A stretch of 64,000 nucleotides of DNA from Gammaproteobacteria bacterium (GCA_035701285.1 DASSNT010000015.1:4969-68968), one strand, 5' to 3'. Shown: positions 45,302-55,386, counted from the first letter of the stretch. Program-made: numbers and translations. Notes: generated by a model not told the origin, from the letters alone.

Positions 45302-45844
45302 TCAGCCATTTTTCAATAGCACGTAAACAGCGCCGGTTCCGCCGTCGCTGGGGCGTGCGGAGCAGAATGCGGCCACGTCAGCGCGCTGACTGAGCCAGCC
45401 GCCGAGGTGCTGCTTGAGGACCGGTCCGCGGTGGCCGGAGCGCAGGCCCTTGCCGTGGATGATGCGCGCGCAGCGCACGCCGAAGGCCGCGCATTCCGTC
45501 AGGAATTCACCCACCACGGCGCGCGCGTCAGCGACGGTGAGGCCATGCAGGTCGCACTCGGCACCGATCGATACCTGGCCGCGGCGCAGGCGCTTGAGCA
45601 ATCGCTGATCGAGCCCGGGCTGGGCGAAAAACAGCTCGTCGCCGCTGCCGAATTCAGCCGGATCGAGCGAATCGCCCAAGCTTTCGTTCAGCACCATGAC
45701 ATCGTCGGCGCGCCGGAAGCGGGCGCGCGGGGAGGGCAGCTTACGCTCGTGCGAAACAGTATCGACCTCCACGCGGCAGATGTCACCGACGTGCTCGCGG
45801 AACAGCGCGGCGTCTTCAGCGGAAATGGTCCAGCGCTTGGGCAT
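45302..45844 (-). CDS. Smr/MutS2-type small nuclease domain protein
   Basis: The C-terminal Smr domain reads DLHGLTVADARAVVGEFL...ARIIHGKG...LK..L..WL. Confidence 0.85.
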   Translation of the reverse strand: MPKRWTISAEDAALFREHVGDICRVEVDTVSHERKLPSPRARFRRADDVMVLNESLGDSLDPAEFGSGDELFFAQPGLDQRLLKRLRRGQVSIGAECDLHGLTVADARAVVGEFLTECAAFGVRCARIIHGKGLRSGHRGPVLKQHLGGWLSQRADVAAFCSARPSDGGTGAVYVLLKNG

Positions 45845-45915
45845 TGGATCATTTTAACGCGCGATGGCGCCGCGCGTAACGCGCTACTAGCCGGCTTGTT
45901 GGTATAGTACGCCCG

Positions 45916-46707
45916 ATGAAAATTCTGCTGAGCAATGACGATGGTTGCCAGGCCAAGGGCCTGCTGTGCCTGAAAGACGAGCTGGCGCACCTTGGGGACG
46001 TGACCGTCGTGGCGCCGGATCGGAACCGCAGCGGCGCCAGCAACTCGCTGACGCTGGATTCGCCGCTGCGCGTGCACCAGCATGGAGAACGTGTATATTG
46101 CGTGGACGGGACGCCTACCGATTGCGTACATCTCGCAATTACGGGGCTGCTGGACGAAGAGCCGGACATCGTCGTATCAGGGATTAACGCCGGTCCGAAT
46201 CTCGGCGACGATGTGCTCTATTCGGGCACCGTCGCGGCTGCCATGGAGGGGCGGTTTCTGGGCCTGCCGGCGATCGCGGTGTCGCTGGCTTCCTCGCACC
46301 CGGAGCATTATTCGACAGCGGCAGTCGTCGTGCGCCGGCTGGTGACGATGCTGGCCCGCGGCAACCTGGCGCCTGATACAATTCTGAACGTGAACGTACC
46401 GGACCGGCTCGAAGCGGCACTCGCCGGCGTGATTGCGACGCGGCTCGGGCACCGGCATCGCGCCGAGCCCGTCGTTCGCGCCAAAGACCCGCGCGGCCGA
46501 CCGATTTACTGGGTAGGCGCGGTCGGCACGGCCGAAGACGGCGGACCCGGTACCGATTTTGCCGCGGTGCGCGACGGTTTCGTTTCGGTCACGCCGCTGA
46601 AGGTCGACTTCACGCGACACGAGACGCTGCCTGAGCTGGGCGATTGGCTGGAGGGCCTGGCCGATCGTGACGGGCCGGCGGTTGTAAAGGGGCAAGTGAG
46701 TGCTTGA
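45916..46707 (+). CDS. surE: 5'/3'-nucleotidase SurE
   Basis: Has the MKILLSNDDG start and the GINAGPNLGDDVLYSGTVAAAMEG motif. Confidence 0.95.
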   Translation: MKILLSNDDGCQAKGLLCLKDELAHLGDVTVVAPDRNRSGASNSLTLDSPLRVHQHGERVYCVDGTPTDCVHLAITGLLDEEPDIVVSGINAGPNLGDDVLYSGTVAAAMEGRFLGLPAIAVSLASSHPEHYSTAAVVVRRLVTMLARGNLAPDTILNVNVPDRLEAALAGVIATRLGHRHRAEPVVRAKDPRGRPIYWVGAVGTAEDGGPGTDFAAVRDGFVSVTPLKVDFTRHETLPELGDWLEGLADRDGPAVVKGQVSA

Positions 46708-46710
46708 TTC

Positions 46711-47370
46711 ATGATGACAGAGGCTAGCGGTATCGGCATGACCTCCGCGCGCACCCGTGAGCGTCTCGTCGCGCGCCTGCGCGCCAAGGGCATCGAGAGC
46801 GTGCCGGTGCTGAACGCGATCCGCGAAACGCCGCGGCACCTGTTCGTCGACGAGGCGCTGGCCAGCCGTGCCTATGAAGACACCGCGCTGCCAATCGGTC
46901 ACGGCCAGACCATCTCCCAACCCTTCATCGTGGCGCGCATGACCGAGGCGCTGTTCGCCGGCGGCGTGCCGGACAAAGTACTGGAAGTCGGCAGCGGGTC
47001 GGGCTACCAGACCGCCGTTCTGGCAAAGCTCGCGCCGGCGGTTTACACGGTAGAGCGCATTCAGCCGCTGATCGAGCGCGCGCGCCGGCTGTTGCGCGGC
47101 CTGGACGTGCGCAACGTCAAATTCAAATACTCCGACGGCAGTTGGGGCTGGCCGGAGCAGGGACCCTATGACGGCATTCTGGTGACAGCGGCGCCCGAGG
47201 AAGTGCCGGCCGCGCTGCTGGAGCAGCTTGCGCCGGGCGGGCGGATGGTAATCCCGGTCGGCGGGCGCGGCTTCCAGGAGCTGCTGCGCATTACTCGCCG
47301 CAACGACCACTACGAGCAGGAGTCGCTCGACAAGGTCAGCTTCGTGCCGCTGCTGGGCGGCACGCAATGA
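46711..47370 (+). CDS. pcm: Protein-L-isoaspartate O-methyltransferase
   Basis: Contains the GHGQTISQP motif and SAM motif [16 protein letters not shown]. surE-pcm-nlpD-rpoS order. Confidence 0.95.
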   Translation: MMTEASGIGMTSARTRERLVARLRAKGIESVPVLNAIRETPRHLFVDEALASRAYEDTALPIGHGQTISQPFIVARMTEALFAGGVPDKVLEVGSGSGYQTAVLAKLAPAVYTVERIQPLIERARRLLRGLDVRNVKFKYSDGSWGWPEQGPYDGILVTAAPEEVPAALLEQLAPGGRMVIPVGGRGFQELLRITRRNDHYEQESLDKVSFVPLLGGTQ

Positions 47371-47386
47371 GTTTCCCGCGCGCCTG

Positions 47387-48106
47387 ATGAAGCGGCTGGT
47401 CCGGCTGACGCTGCTCGCGGCTGTTTGTCTGTCTCTAGTCGGTTGCACGAACGCGTTGCGCTGGCGGCACTACGACTACGTCGTGCAGCGCGGCGACACG
47501 CTGTACTCCATTGCCTGGCACTTCGACCTCGATTATCGCGACCTCGCCGCCTGGAACGGCATCAATCCGCCATATCGGATTTACCCGGGAGAAAAACTGG
47601 TGCTGAGCCGTGCGAAGGCAGGGTACGCGGCATCGAGCACGGTCTCCACGCCGTCTTCCACCACGGTCGCCCGCAATCCGGCTCCGACGCGCACTCCGGC
47701 GCCTGCTCCCGATGAGTATGCCGGCAAGACAGTCTCGGACTGGCTATGGCCGGCCGAAGGCCGCATCGTCAGCCATTTCGACCCGGACAAGATCACCGCG
47801 AAGGGCATCAACATCGGCGGACAGTTCGGCGAACCGGTGCGCGCGGCGGCGGATGGCCGCGTCGTTTACAGCGGCAGTGGACTCGTCGGCTACGGCGAGC
47901 TTATTATCATCAAACACAATAACCATTATCTGAGCGCCTACGCGCACAACCGCAAGCGGCTGGTGCAGGAAGGCGACGAAGTCAAAGCCGGGGATGAAAT
48001 TGCAACAATGGGGCATGGCAACAATGGCGAGGCACTGTTGCACTTTGAAATCCGTTACGACGGCAAGCCGGTCGATCCGCTGCATTATCTGCCGTCGCGC
48101 AGCTGA
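47387..48106 (+). CDS. nlpD: Lipoprotein NlpD (LysM plus M23 peptidase domain)
   Basis: Has the lipobox LSLVGC, a LysM domain (YVVQRGDTLYSIA...NGI), and an M23 domain (GYGELIIIKHN..YLSAYAHN). Confidence 0.9.
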   Translation: MKRLVRLTLLAAVCLSLVGCTNALRWRHYDYVVQRGDTLYSIAWHFDLDYRDLAAWNGINPPYRIYPGEKLVLSRAKAGYAASSTVSTPSSTTVARNPAPTRTPAPAPDEYAGKTVSDWLWPAEGRIVSHFDPDKITAKGINIGGQFGEPVRAAADGRVVYSGSGLVGYGELIIIKHNNHYLSAYAHNRKRLVQEGDEVKAGDEIATMGHGNNGEALLHFEIRYDGKPVDPLHYLPSRS

Positions 48107-48112
48107 GTAGCC

Positions 48113-49048
48113 ATGGCCGACGAAGGCGCGGAAATGGACATGGACGAGCCACTGCGGAACGATGTCGATCGCAACGGCGACCACTGGCTGAATGCGCGCC
48201 ACGACGCGAACGACGAGCAACTCGACGCCACTCGTATGTACCTCGACGAGGTAGGTTTCTCGCCGCTGCTGACAGCCGACGAAGAAGTGCACTTCGGCCG
48301 TCTTGCACGCGTCGGCGACGAGGGCGCGCGCAAGCGGATGATCGAGAGCAACCTGCGCCTTGTCGTCAGCCTCGCCCGGCGCTACATCTACCGGGGCTTG
48401 CCGTTGCTGGACCTGATCGAAGAGGGCAATCTCGGCCTGATTCACGCGGTCGAGAAGTTCGACCCCGAGCGCGGCTTCCGGTTTTCGACCTACGCAACCT
48501 GGTGGATCCGCCAGTCGATCGAGCGGGCCGTGATGAACCAGTCGCGCACCGTCCGCCTGCCGATCCACATCGTCAAGGAAGTCAGCCTGTATTCACGGAC
48601 GTCGCGGAAGCTCGCCCAGCAACTGGAGCGCGAGGCGCGGCGCGAGGAGGTCGCTGCGACCCTGGGGCGGCCGCTGGCGCATATCGAGCGTCTCCTGTGC
48701 CTGTGTGAGCCGACGATGTCGGTCGACCGGCCGTTCGGCGACGAGAGCGACCGGCCGGTGCTGGACGCGATTCCCGACGATAACAACCCGGACCCGTTCC
48801 AGCAGCTCGAAGGCGTGGATATGGAGGCCGCGATTGCCAACTGGCTGGCGCGGTTGAACGACAAGCAGCGCATCGTCGTCGAATTGCGCTTCGGCCTTGA
48901 CGGCCACGGCCAGCGCACGTTGGATGAAGTCGGCCGCCAGGTCGGCGTCACCCGCGAGCGGGTGCGGCAGATTCAGCTGGATGCGCTGCGGAAACTGCGG
49001 CTGATGTTCGAAGCGGACGGCCTGTCGGGCGAGTCAGTTTTCGAGTAG
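48113..49048 (+). CDS. rpoS: RNA polymerase sigma factor RpoS
   Basis: Sigma70 regions 2-4 are present ([50 protein letters not shown]). Positioned after nlpD. Confidence 0.93.
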   Translation: MADEGAEMDMDEPLRNDVDRNGDHWLNARHDANDEQLDATRMYLDEVGFSPLLTADEEVHFGRLARVGDEGARKRMIESNLRLVVSLARRYIYRGLPLLDLIEEGNLGLIHAVEKFDPERGFRFSTYATWWIRQSIERAVMNQSRTVRLPIHIVKEVSLYSRTSRKLAQQLEREARREEVAATLGRPLAHIERLLCLCEPTMSVDRPFGDESDRPVLDAIPDDNNPDPFQQLEGVDMEAAIANWLARLNDKQRIVVELRFGLDGHGQRTLDEVGRQVGVTRERVRQIQLDALRKLRLMFEADGLSGESVFE

Positions 49049-49056
49049 ATCATCAA

Positions 49057-49434
49057 CTAGATCATCAACAGGCCGGCCACGACCTTGCGGCCTTCGTTCA
49101 GCAGGATGTTGAACGTGCGGCAGGCGGCGGCCGTATGCATGATTTCGATGCCCACGTTGCTGCGATACAGCGGCGCCATGATTGCCGGCGCCGGAAACCG
49201 TTGCGAGCGTCCCGTGCCCAGCAGCACGAGGTCGGGCTCCGTCGCCAGCAGCGCTTCGAGGTGGGTGGCGTTCAGATCGTCAAAAGTCTCCGGCGGCCAA
49301 CTCGCGTTGAGCGTCGTGGCGGACAGGATCACGCTGGTCTCGATCGTCTCGTCGTTGACGACTATGTAGCCGTCGCCGTAACCACGGACGATCCGGGCGT
49401 TTTCTTCCGGGATGGTTGCTCTTTCGATCTTCAT
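49057..49434 (-). CDS. Mth938-like (DUF498) domain protein
   Basis: 125 aa from MKIERATI. The pattern GYG.G...VN......S.I........W...LVLLGTG..Q.F is typical of this family. Confidence 0.75.
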   Translation of the reverse strand: MKIERATIPEENARIVRGYGDGYIVVNDETIETSVILSATTLNASWPPETFDDLNATHLEALLATEPDLVLLGTGRSQRFPAPAIMAPLYRSNVGIEIMHTAAACRTFNILLNEGRKVVAGLLMI

Positions 49435-49472
49435 TGGACGGGCTGAGGCGGTTACGCGGATAATGCCCGCCC

Positions 49473-51221
49473 ATGATAACACCCCCGCCTTTGATCAAGC
49501 GGCGACCGGCCGGTGTTGCGGATGAGCTCGACGGCCAGCTTCCACCGCTGCTGAAACGGCTTTACGCCGCGCGCGGCATTGCATCTTCAGACGCTCTGGA
49601 CTACCGGCTGGCGCGGCTGCTGCCTTGCAACGGCTTGAGCGGCATAGACGCCGCCGCGGCTTTGCTTGCCGATACGATAGAAAACCAGCGTCCAATCCTG
49701 ATTGTGGGCGACTTCGATACCGACGGTGCGACCAGCTCGGCGCTGGCGATGCGCGCGCTACGCGCGCTGGGCGCGGCGGATGTCGGTTACCTGGTGCCGA
49801 ATCGCTTCGAATACGGTTATGGACTGACGCCTGAAATCGCGGCGCTGGCCGTCGCGCGCGAGCCGGCGCTGGTGGTGACGGTAGACAACGGCATTTCGAG
49901 CGTTGCCGGCGTGGCGGCGTTGCGCGAGCGTGGCATCGACGTTCTGGTGACCGATCACCACCTGCCCGGCGAGACGCTGCCGCGGGCGAACGTCATCGTC
50001 AATCCGAACCTGCCGGACGATCCTTTCCCGAGCAAGGCGCTTGCCGGGGTCGGCGTCATGTTCTATGTGCTGATCGCGTTGCGTGGCTGCCTGCGCGAGC
50101 GCAACTGGTTCGGCCGGCGTGGGCTGGCCGAGCCGGCACTGGCCGACTGGCTCGATCTGGTGGCGCTGGGGACGGTCGCCGACATGGTGCCGCTCGACGA
50201 CAACAACCGCATCCTGGTCGAGCAGGGCCTGCGACGGATGCGCGCAGGCCGGTGCTCCGCCGGCATTGCGGCACTGGCGCAACTGGGCGGGCGCGATCTG
50301 GCGCGAATAACGCCGGCTGACCTCGGCTTCGCCATCGCGCCCCGGCTGAATGCCGCCGGGCGGCTGGATGACATGTCGCTGGGAATCGAATGCCTGCTGG
50401 CCAATGAGTCGGCTCGGGCGCTGGCGCTGGCAGCGCGGCTGGATGAGTTGAATCGGGAGCGGCGCGAGATCGAAGCCGGCATGCGAGCAGAGGCATTGGC
50501 GCTGATCGAGCCCCTGCTGGCGGAAATGGACGGTGCAGGCGCGACCGGGCTCTGTCTGTTCGAGGAAAGCTGGCATCAGGGCGTGATCGGGCTGGTCGCC
50601 GGGCGGGTAAAGGATCACGCGCACCGGCCGGTCATTGCGTTCGCGCGCGCGGATGACGAGACGTTGAAAGGCTCCGCACGCTCCGTGCCCGGGCTCAATA
50701 TCCGCGACGTGCTGGCGGCGGTCGACGCGCGGCGGCCGGGGCTGCTGCGCAAGTTCGGCGGCCACGCGATGGCGGCTGGGCTGACGCTTGCTGCTGCGCA
50801 TTACGATGATTTTGCGGCCGCGTTCGATGCCGAAGTTCGACTGGCACTAGGCGACGAGGAATTGATCAAGAACATCCTGACCGACGGCGCGCTGGAACCG
50901 GACGAACTGACGCTCGAGATGGCAGAGCTGCTGCGCCTGGCCGGGCCGTGGGGGCAGGCTTTTCCGGAGCCGCTGTTCGACGGCGAGTTCGGCATCGCCG
51001 AGTCGCGCGTAGTCGGGGAGCGGCATTTGCGTCTGCGAGTGCGGCTTTCGGAGACCGCGCCACCGCTCGAGGCGATTGCGTTTAACATCGACGAAAGCGC
51101 CGTGGCCGGCTGCGAGCGCATCCGGCTGGTTTATCGGCCGGACGTGAACGTCTGGCGCGGCGAGAGCCGGTTACAGCTTGTCGTCGAGCATCTTGAGCCG
51201 ATTCCCGCTAGACACCCGTAG
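49473..51221 (+). CDS. recJ: Single-stranded-DNA-specific exonuclease RecJ
   Basis: Has DHH and DHHA1 motifs (VGDFDTDGATS, VTDHH, GGHAMAAG). 582 aa. The last 6 codons are part of the downstream tandem repeat. Confidence 0.95.
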   Translation: MITPPPLIKRRPAGVADELDGQLPPLLKRLYAARGIASSDALDYRLARLLPCNGLSGIDAAAALLADTIENQRPILIVGDFDTDGATSSALAMRALRALGAADVGYLVPNRFEYGYGLTPEIAALAVAREPALVVTVDNGISSVAGVAALRERGIDVLVTDHHLPGETLPRANVIVNPNLPDDPFPSKALAGVGVMFYVLIALRGCLRERNWFGRRGLAEPALADWLDLVALGTVADMVPLDDNNRILVEQGLRRMRAGRCSAGIAALAQLGGRDLARITPADLGFAIAPRLNAAGRLDDMSLGIECLLANESARALALAARLDELNRERREIEAGMRAEALALIEPLLAEMDGAGATGLCLFEESWHQGVIGLVAGRVKDHAHRPVIAFARADDETLKGSARSVPGLNIRDVLAAVDARRPGLLRKFGGHAMAAGLTLAAAHYDDFAAAFDAEVRLALGDEELIKNILTDGALEPDELTLEMAELLRLAGPWGQAFPEPLFDGEFGIAESRVVGERHLRLRVRLSETAPPLEAIAFNIDESAVAGCERIRLVYRPDVNVWRGESRLQLVVEHLEPIPARHP

Positions 51222-51500
51222 GAAAAACCCGTAAGGGTGAGGCCGGATCAAGCCGGAGCACTGCTCCGGCCCGGCCGAACGGCTGCGCTGGATGCGCAGG
51301 CTGGTGCCCGCACCATGGATGGTTTATTGCCAATCCCGCTAGACGCCCGTAGGAAAACCCGTAAGGGTGAGGCCGGATCAAGCCGGAGCACTGCTCCGGC
51401 CCGGCCGAACGGCTGCGCTGGATGCGCAGGCTGGTGCCCGCACCATGGATGGTTTATTGCCAATCCCGCTAGACGCCCGTAGGAAAAACCCGTAAGGTTT
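51201..51500 (+). repeat. 130-bp tandem repeat, 2.3 copies (copies 1 and 2 identical over more than 100 nt)
   Basis: CCCGCT anchors lie at 51204, 51335 and 51465. The unit contains the hairpin CCGGAGCA-c-TGCTCCGG and the CCATGGATGG core shared with other palindromic elements in the window. Confidence 0.9.
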
Positions 51501-51527
51501 GGCGGTCGCAATTTAGGGGTAATTTGT

Positions 51528-53285
51528 ATGCAACAGCCTGATCAACTGCAAGCACAGCCGAAGAAGGCGTTCGCTGCACTGTTCTTCATCGAGATGTGGG
51601 AACGCTTCGGCTACTACGGCATGCAGGCCATCATGGTGCTGTTCCTGGTGGACGCGCTGACGAACAACGCCGACATCGCCAGGGCAGCCGGCCTCGACGG
51701 TGGCAACCCCGAAGCGCGCGCCGTGCTGATCTGGGGCGCGATGGTCTCGATGGTGTACGCGCTGACGATGGTCGGCGGCTTCATCGGCGACAAGGTGCTG
51801 GGCGCGCGGCGCACGATGACGCTGGGCGCGATCACGTTGATGATCGGTTACGCGCTGCTGGCGATTCCATCCGCCGCCACGCTGTTTTTTGCGATGGGCG
51901 TGATTTCGATCGGTAACGGGCTGTTCAAGGTCAACCCGAACAACCTCGTATCGAGGCTGTATCCGAACGATCCGAGCAAGCTCGACTCGACGTTCACCAT
52001 CTATTACATGTCGATCAACATCGGCTCGCTGATTTCCATCGCGGCGACGCCCATTGTCGCCTACAATTTAGGCTGGCATGTCGCTTTTGGCGTCAGCGCG
52101 ATAGGACTAGCGCTCGGCCTGCTGAACTACCTGTTCATGCGCAAGGCCGTGCAGCCGTACGGTTCGGCGCCCGATTTCGAGAAGCTGCACTGGGGCAAGT
52201 TGATTGCCGTGATCGTCGGCTCGCTCATAATCGCCGCTATTGTCTCCTACGTCATCCGCTACAACGACGTCACGAGAGGAGTCATTATCGCTTTCGCGAT
52301 CGTGGCCTTGGGGATTTTCGCCTACCTGATGAAGACGGAGCCGCAATATCGCGGCCGTCTTGCGGCCTGCCTGGTTCTGCTCGCGATCGTGATCGTATTT
52401 TTCATTTACTACCAGCAGATGTCCACATCGCTGACGCTGTTCGCGAAGCACAACGTGTACAACGCTCAAATGACGGGCGCACAAGATGCGCTATCAACTC
52501 TGTTTGGGAGCTGGTGGTCCATTTTGGCCATAGTGTTGGCCAGCCCGATAGCAACGTTCTTTGTACATCGCAGCAATACGATGGGTAAGCTTTCCATGCC
52601 CATCAAGTACCTTGTCGGGCTAGCAATTGCGGTATTCGCGTTCTTTGCGTTTGCGTTAGTAACAGGATCTGCTTCTGGGGGGCTCCTGCCGGCGCAGTTC
52701 CAGGACCTGAATCCGTTCTGGATCGTGATCCTGAGCCCGATCATGGCGGCTTACTACACGCATCGCGCCAACACGAAAGGCGATTTTTCGATGCCGACCA
52801 AGTACGCGGCCGGCCTGTTCGTCTCGAGCCTCGCGTTCTTCATCTTCGCGGCGAGCGGTCTGGCCGCCGGGGCCGACGGCATCGTGTCGGGCTGGTGGCT
52901 GGTGGCGGGCTACGGCCTGCAATCGATCGCCGAGTTGATTATCAGCGCGCTTGGGCTGTCAATGATCGTCAAGCTCGTGCCGGAGCGGCTCCGCGGCCTG
53001 CTGCTGGGAGCGTTCTTCCTCGCCACGGCCATCAGCCAGTATCTTGGCAGCGTGGTGGCGACGATTGCGTCCGTTCCGGAACACGTCACCGATCCGTCTC
53101 AATCGATTTCGCTGTTCACGGGCCTGTTTACAAAGCTCGGCATCGCGGCGTTGATTGCAGCGATCATCGCGGCTCTGCTGGTCCCGTGGCTCAAGCGACT
53201 GATCGGCGAGGATCCGTCGCTGCGCGGCGACGGCTTCAAGCCGGAAACGCCCGAGGGCGACGTGGCGGTCGGCCGGGAGGTATAG
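51528..53285 (+). CDS. Proton-dependent oligopeptide transporter (POT/PTR2 family, MFS)
   Basis: Has the PTR2 signature FFIEMWERFGYYGM. Multi-TM protein of 585 aa. Contains an internal duplicated helix hairpin (see findings). Confidence 0.9.
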   Translation: MQQPDQLQAQPKKAFAALFFIEMWERFGYYGMQAIMVLFLVDALTNNADIARAAGLDGGNPEARAVLIWGAMVSMVYALTMVGGFIGDKVLGARRTMTLGAITLMIGYALLAIPSAATLFFAMGVISIGNGLFKVNPNNLVSRLYPNDPSKLDSTFTIYYMSINIGSLISIAATPIVAYNLGWHVAFGVSAIGLALGLLNYLFMRKAVQPYGSAPDFEKLHWGKLIAVIVGSLIIAAIVSYVIRYNDVTRGVIIAFAIVALGIFAYLMKTEPQYRGRLAACLVLLAIVIVFFIYYQQMSTSLTLFAKHNVYNAQMTGAQDALSTLFGSWWSILAIVLASPIATFFVHRSNTMGKLSMPIKYLVGLAIAVFAFFAFALVTGSASGGLLPAQFQDLNPFWIVILSPIMAAYYTHRANTKGDFSMPTKYAAGLFVSSLAFFIFAASGLAAGADGIVSGWWLVAGYGLQSIAELIISALGLSMIVKLVPERLRGLLLGAFFLATAISQYLGSVVATIASVPEHVTDPSQSISLFTGLFTKLGIAALIAAIIAALLVPWLKRLIGEDPSLRGDGFKPETPEGDVAVGREV

Positions 53286-53315
53286 CGGGCGTCCGAGGTT
53301 CCTTCGGCCTCAAGG

Positions 53316-53346
53316 GAGGCGGCCACAATGGCCGCCTCTTTTTTTT
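53316..53346 (+). terminator. Rho-independent terminator of the POT transporter gene
   Basis: GAGGCGGCC-acaat-GGCCGCCTC followed by TTTTTTTT. Confidence 0.8.
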
Positions 53347-53590
53347 GCCGCTTCTGCTTGATAAGCCGCAGAAACGGACTAGACTGGTCAGGGCAAGCCC
53401 GTAACGGAGGCAGGGTTAGATCATACTTGGGCTGGGCTTGCCATGATCCTGGCTCTTGCTGAGCCGGCCCTGTCAGGCAGGAGGACGAGTTCCTCCAGCC
53501 TTGTCGCCTCGTGCGGCCACGAAAACGAAAAGCAATCGCAACCGACGGCATGGCCATGGAGAAGCCCGAACTCCACACGGAGGAGTGGAC

Positions 53591-55339
53591 ATGAAATTGC
53601 GATTGGTATTCGTTTCGGCGCTGACGGTCGGACTCGGTGCGGCGCCATGGTCGGTTTTTGCAGCGCCGGCCGGTCACGCGCTTGAAATCCACAAGATCGG
53701 CGTCACCAGCATGCAGGGACCTGCGCGCCAGTATTCCGGGCAGGAACTCAAGCCGCGGGCGATGAAGGAAGTGGAGCGCAACTTCTATAAGCTTGGCAGC
53801 GGCTCTCTCGGTTCCGCCAGGAGGCCGGCCGCCCATGTGCCGACGCCGGATAGCTTGCCGGTGCAGAATGCCCCCGGCCACCTGAGCTTTGATGGGTTGA
53901 CGGTTCGCCAGCAGGGCATCGCCAGTGGCTTTATCGTCGCACCGCCCGATCAGGGGCTGGCTGTCGGCAATGGCTTCGTGGTCGAAGGCGTGAATCTCGC
54001 GGTGGCGGTTTACGATGCGGAGTCAGGCGTCCGGTTAACGCCGGCCATTGGTTTGAACGACTTCTTCGACGTCCCGGCTACAGCTTTTACCTCGGACCCG
54101 AAGGTTTATTACGACAAACCGACCAACCGGTTCTTCGCTACTATCCTCGTCGAAAGCAGCGACCGCATAGGCACGCTGATCGCCGTCAGCCAGACCGGCG
54201 ATCCGACTGGCGACTGGAATATCCATTTCGTGAGCGCGGTCGACGCCGACCTTCCTGGGTGCCCCTGCTTTGGCGATCAGCCGCTCATCGGGGCGGACGC
54301 GAACGGCTTTTTCATCAGCACGAATGAATTCCCGCTTGCCGGCGGCTTTTTCACCGGCGTCCAGGTGACGGCTCTGGACAAGAAGGCGCTGGCGGAAGGT
54401 GCTCCGACGGTCAACGCCCAGCAGTTCAACCTGACCAACTACACGAGCGGGTTTCTGAGCGGCGCCCCGCCGTTTTCGGTACAACCGGCAATCACCCCGC
54501 CCAATGGTGAATATGAGCTGGCCAATAATGGCACGGAATATTTTCTGAGTTCGGTCGATTACTTCGGCCTGGTGGACAGGATCGCAGTGTTCGCCGCGAC
54601 GAATACTGCATCGTTGTCCAGCGAACCGGATGTCCACCTGCAACGGGTGGTGATCCCGAGCGAGAGCTACGGCGAACCCGCCGCGATGGAGCAGCCGGAA
54701 ATTCCCGTATCGGAATATACGAGCGAACTGCCGCTGGCTGCCGCGTTGCGGGAGGGCACCTCGCGCCTTGCTGCCGAACCGACCAACGCTCACGAGCAAC
54801 TGGTTGCGTCGAACGATGACCGCATGAATCAGGTCGTTTACACGAACGGAACGCTATGGAGCGGTGTAAACACGGTGGTCAAGCCAAAGGGGCATGTGCA
54901 GACAGGCATTGCCTGGTTTGCGGTCACGCCGGGCTTTGACAACGGCGCATTGACGGCGGCCATGGCCAATCAAGGCTATATTGCTGTGGACAAGAACAGC
55001 GTGGTCTTCCCGTCGATCGGCGTGAACGCCCGAGGCGAGGCGATCGTTTCCTACACGTTGATCGGGCGCGATCACCTGCCGGCTGCCGCGTATTCGCGCA
55101 TTAGCATCGAAGACGGGGCCGGCCCGGTTCAAATTCTGGCTCCTGGCGCAAACGCTAATGACGGCTTTACCGGCTATCCGTGGCCGGGGAACAACTCACG
55201 CGTATCCAGGTGGGGCGACTATTCAGCCGCTGTTGCCGATGAGAACGGCGACATTTGGCTGGCGACGGAATTCGTTCCGGACGAACCGCGACTCGACCTC
55301 GCGAACTGGGGTACGCGGATCAGTAAAGTCAGTCCCTAG
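53591..55339 (+). CDS. Secreted hypothetical protein (signal peptide; possible beta-propeller/sialidase-like fold)
   Basis: The start is taken at [24 protein letters not shown], preceded by GGAGGAG. The C-terminal RWGDYSA motif is reminiscent of BNR/propeller proteins. I cannot name a family. Confidence 0.65.
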   Translation: MKLRLVFVSALTVGLGAAPWSVFAAPAGHALEIHKIGVTSMQGPARQYSGQELKPRAMKEVERNFYKLGSGSLGSARRPAAHVPTPDSLPVQNAPGHLSFDGLTVRQQGIASGFIVAPPDQGLAVGNGFVVEGVNLAVAVYDAESGVRLTPAIGLNDFFDVPATAFTSDPKVYYDKPTNRFFATILVESSDRIGTLIAVSQTGDPTGDWNIHFVSAVDADLPGCPCFGDQPLIGADANGFFISTNEFPLAGGFFTGVQVTALDKKALAEGAPTVNAQQFNLTNYTSGFLSGAPPFSVQPAITPPNGEYELANNGTEYFLSSVDYFGLVDRIAVFAATNTASLSSEPDVHLQRVVIPSESYGEPAAMEQPEIPVSEYTSELPLAAALREGTSRLAAEPTNAHEQLVASNDDRMNQVVYTNGTLWSGVNTVVKPKGHVQTGIAWFAVTPGFDNGALTAAMANQGYIAVDKNSVVFPSIGVNARGEAIVSYTLIGRDHLPAAAYSRISIEDGAGPVQILAPGANANDGFTGYPWPGNNSRVSRWGDYSAAVADENGDIWLATEFVPDEPRLDLANWGTRISKVSP

Positions 55340-55357
55340 GCAGTCAAAGAACCAGAC

Positions 55358-55386
55358 GCGGCCGCCGGATTCCGGCGGCCGCTTTT
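55358..55386 (+). terminator. Rho-independent terminator
   Basis: Perfect 12-bp stem GCGGCCGCCGGA-t-TCCGGCGGCCGC followed by TTTTG. Confidence 0.7.

Noticed and set aside
51237-51482. 81-aa and 87-aa ORFs inside the 130-bp tandem repeat, and the 73-aa ORF at 9884..10105 inside the palindromic element
   Set aside because: They are generated by repeat sequence and have no Shine-Dalgarno. Their peptides simply mirror the repeat units.
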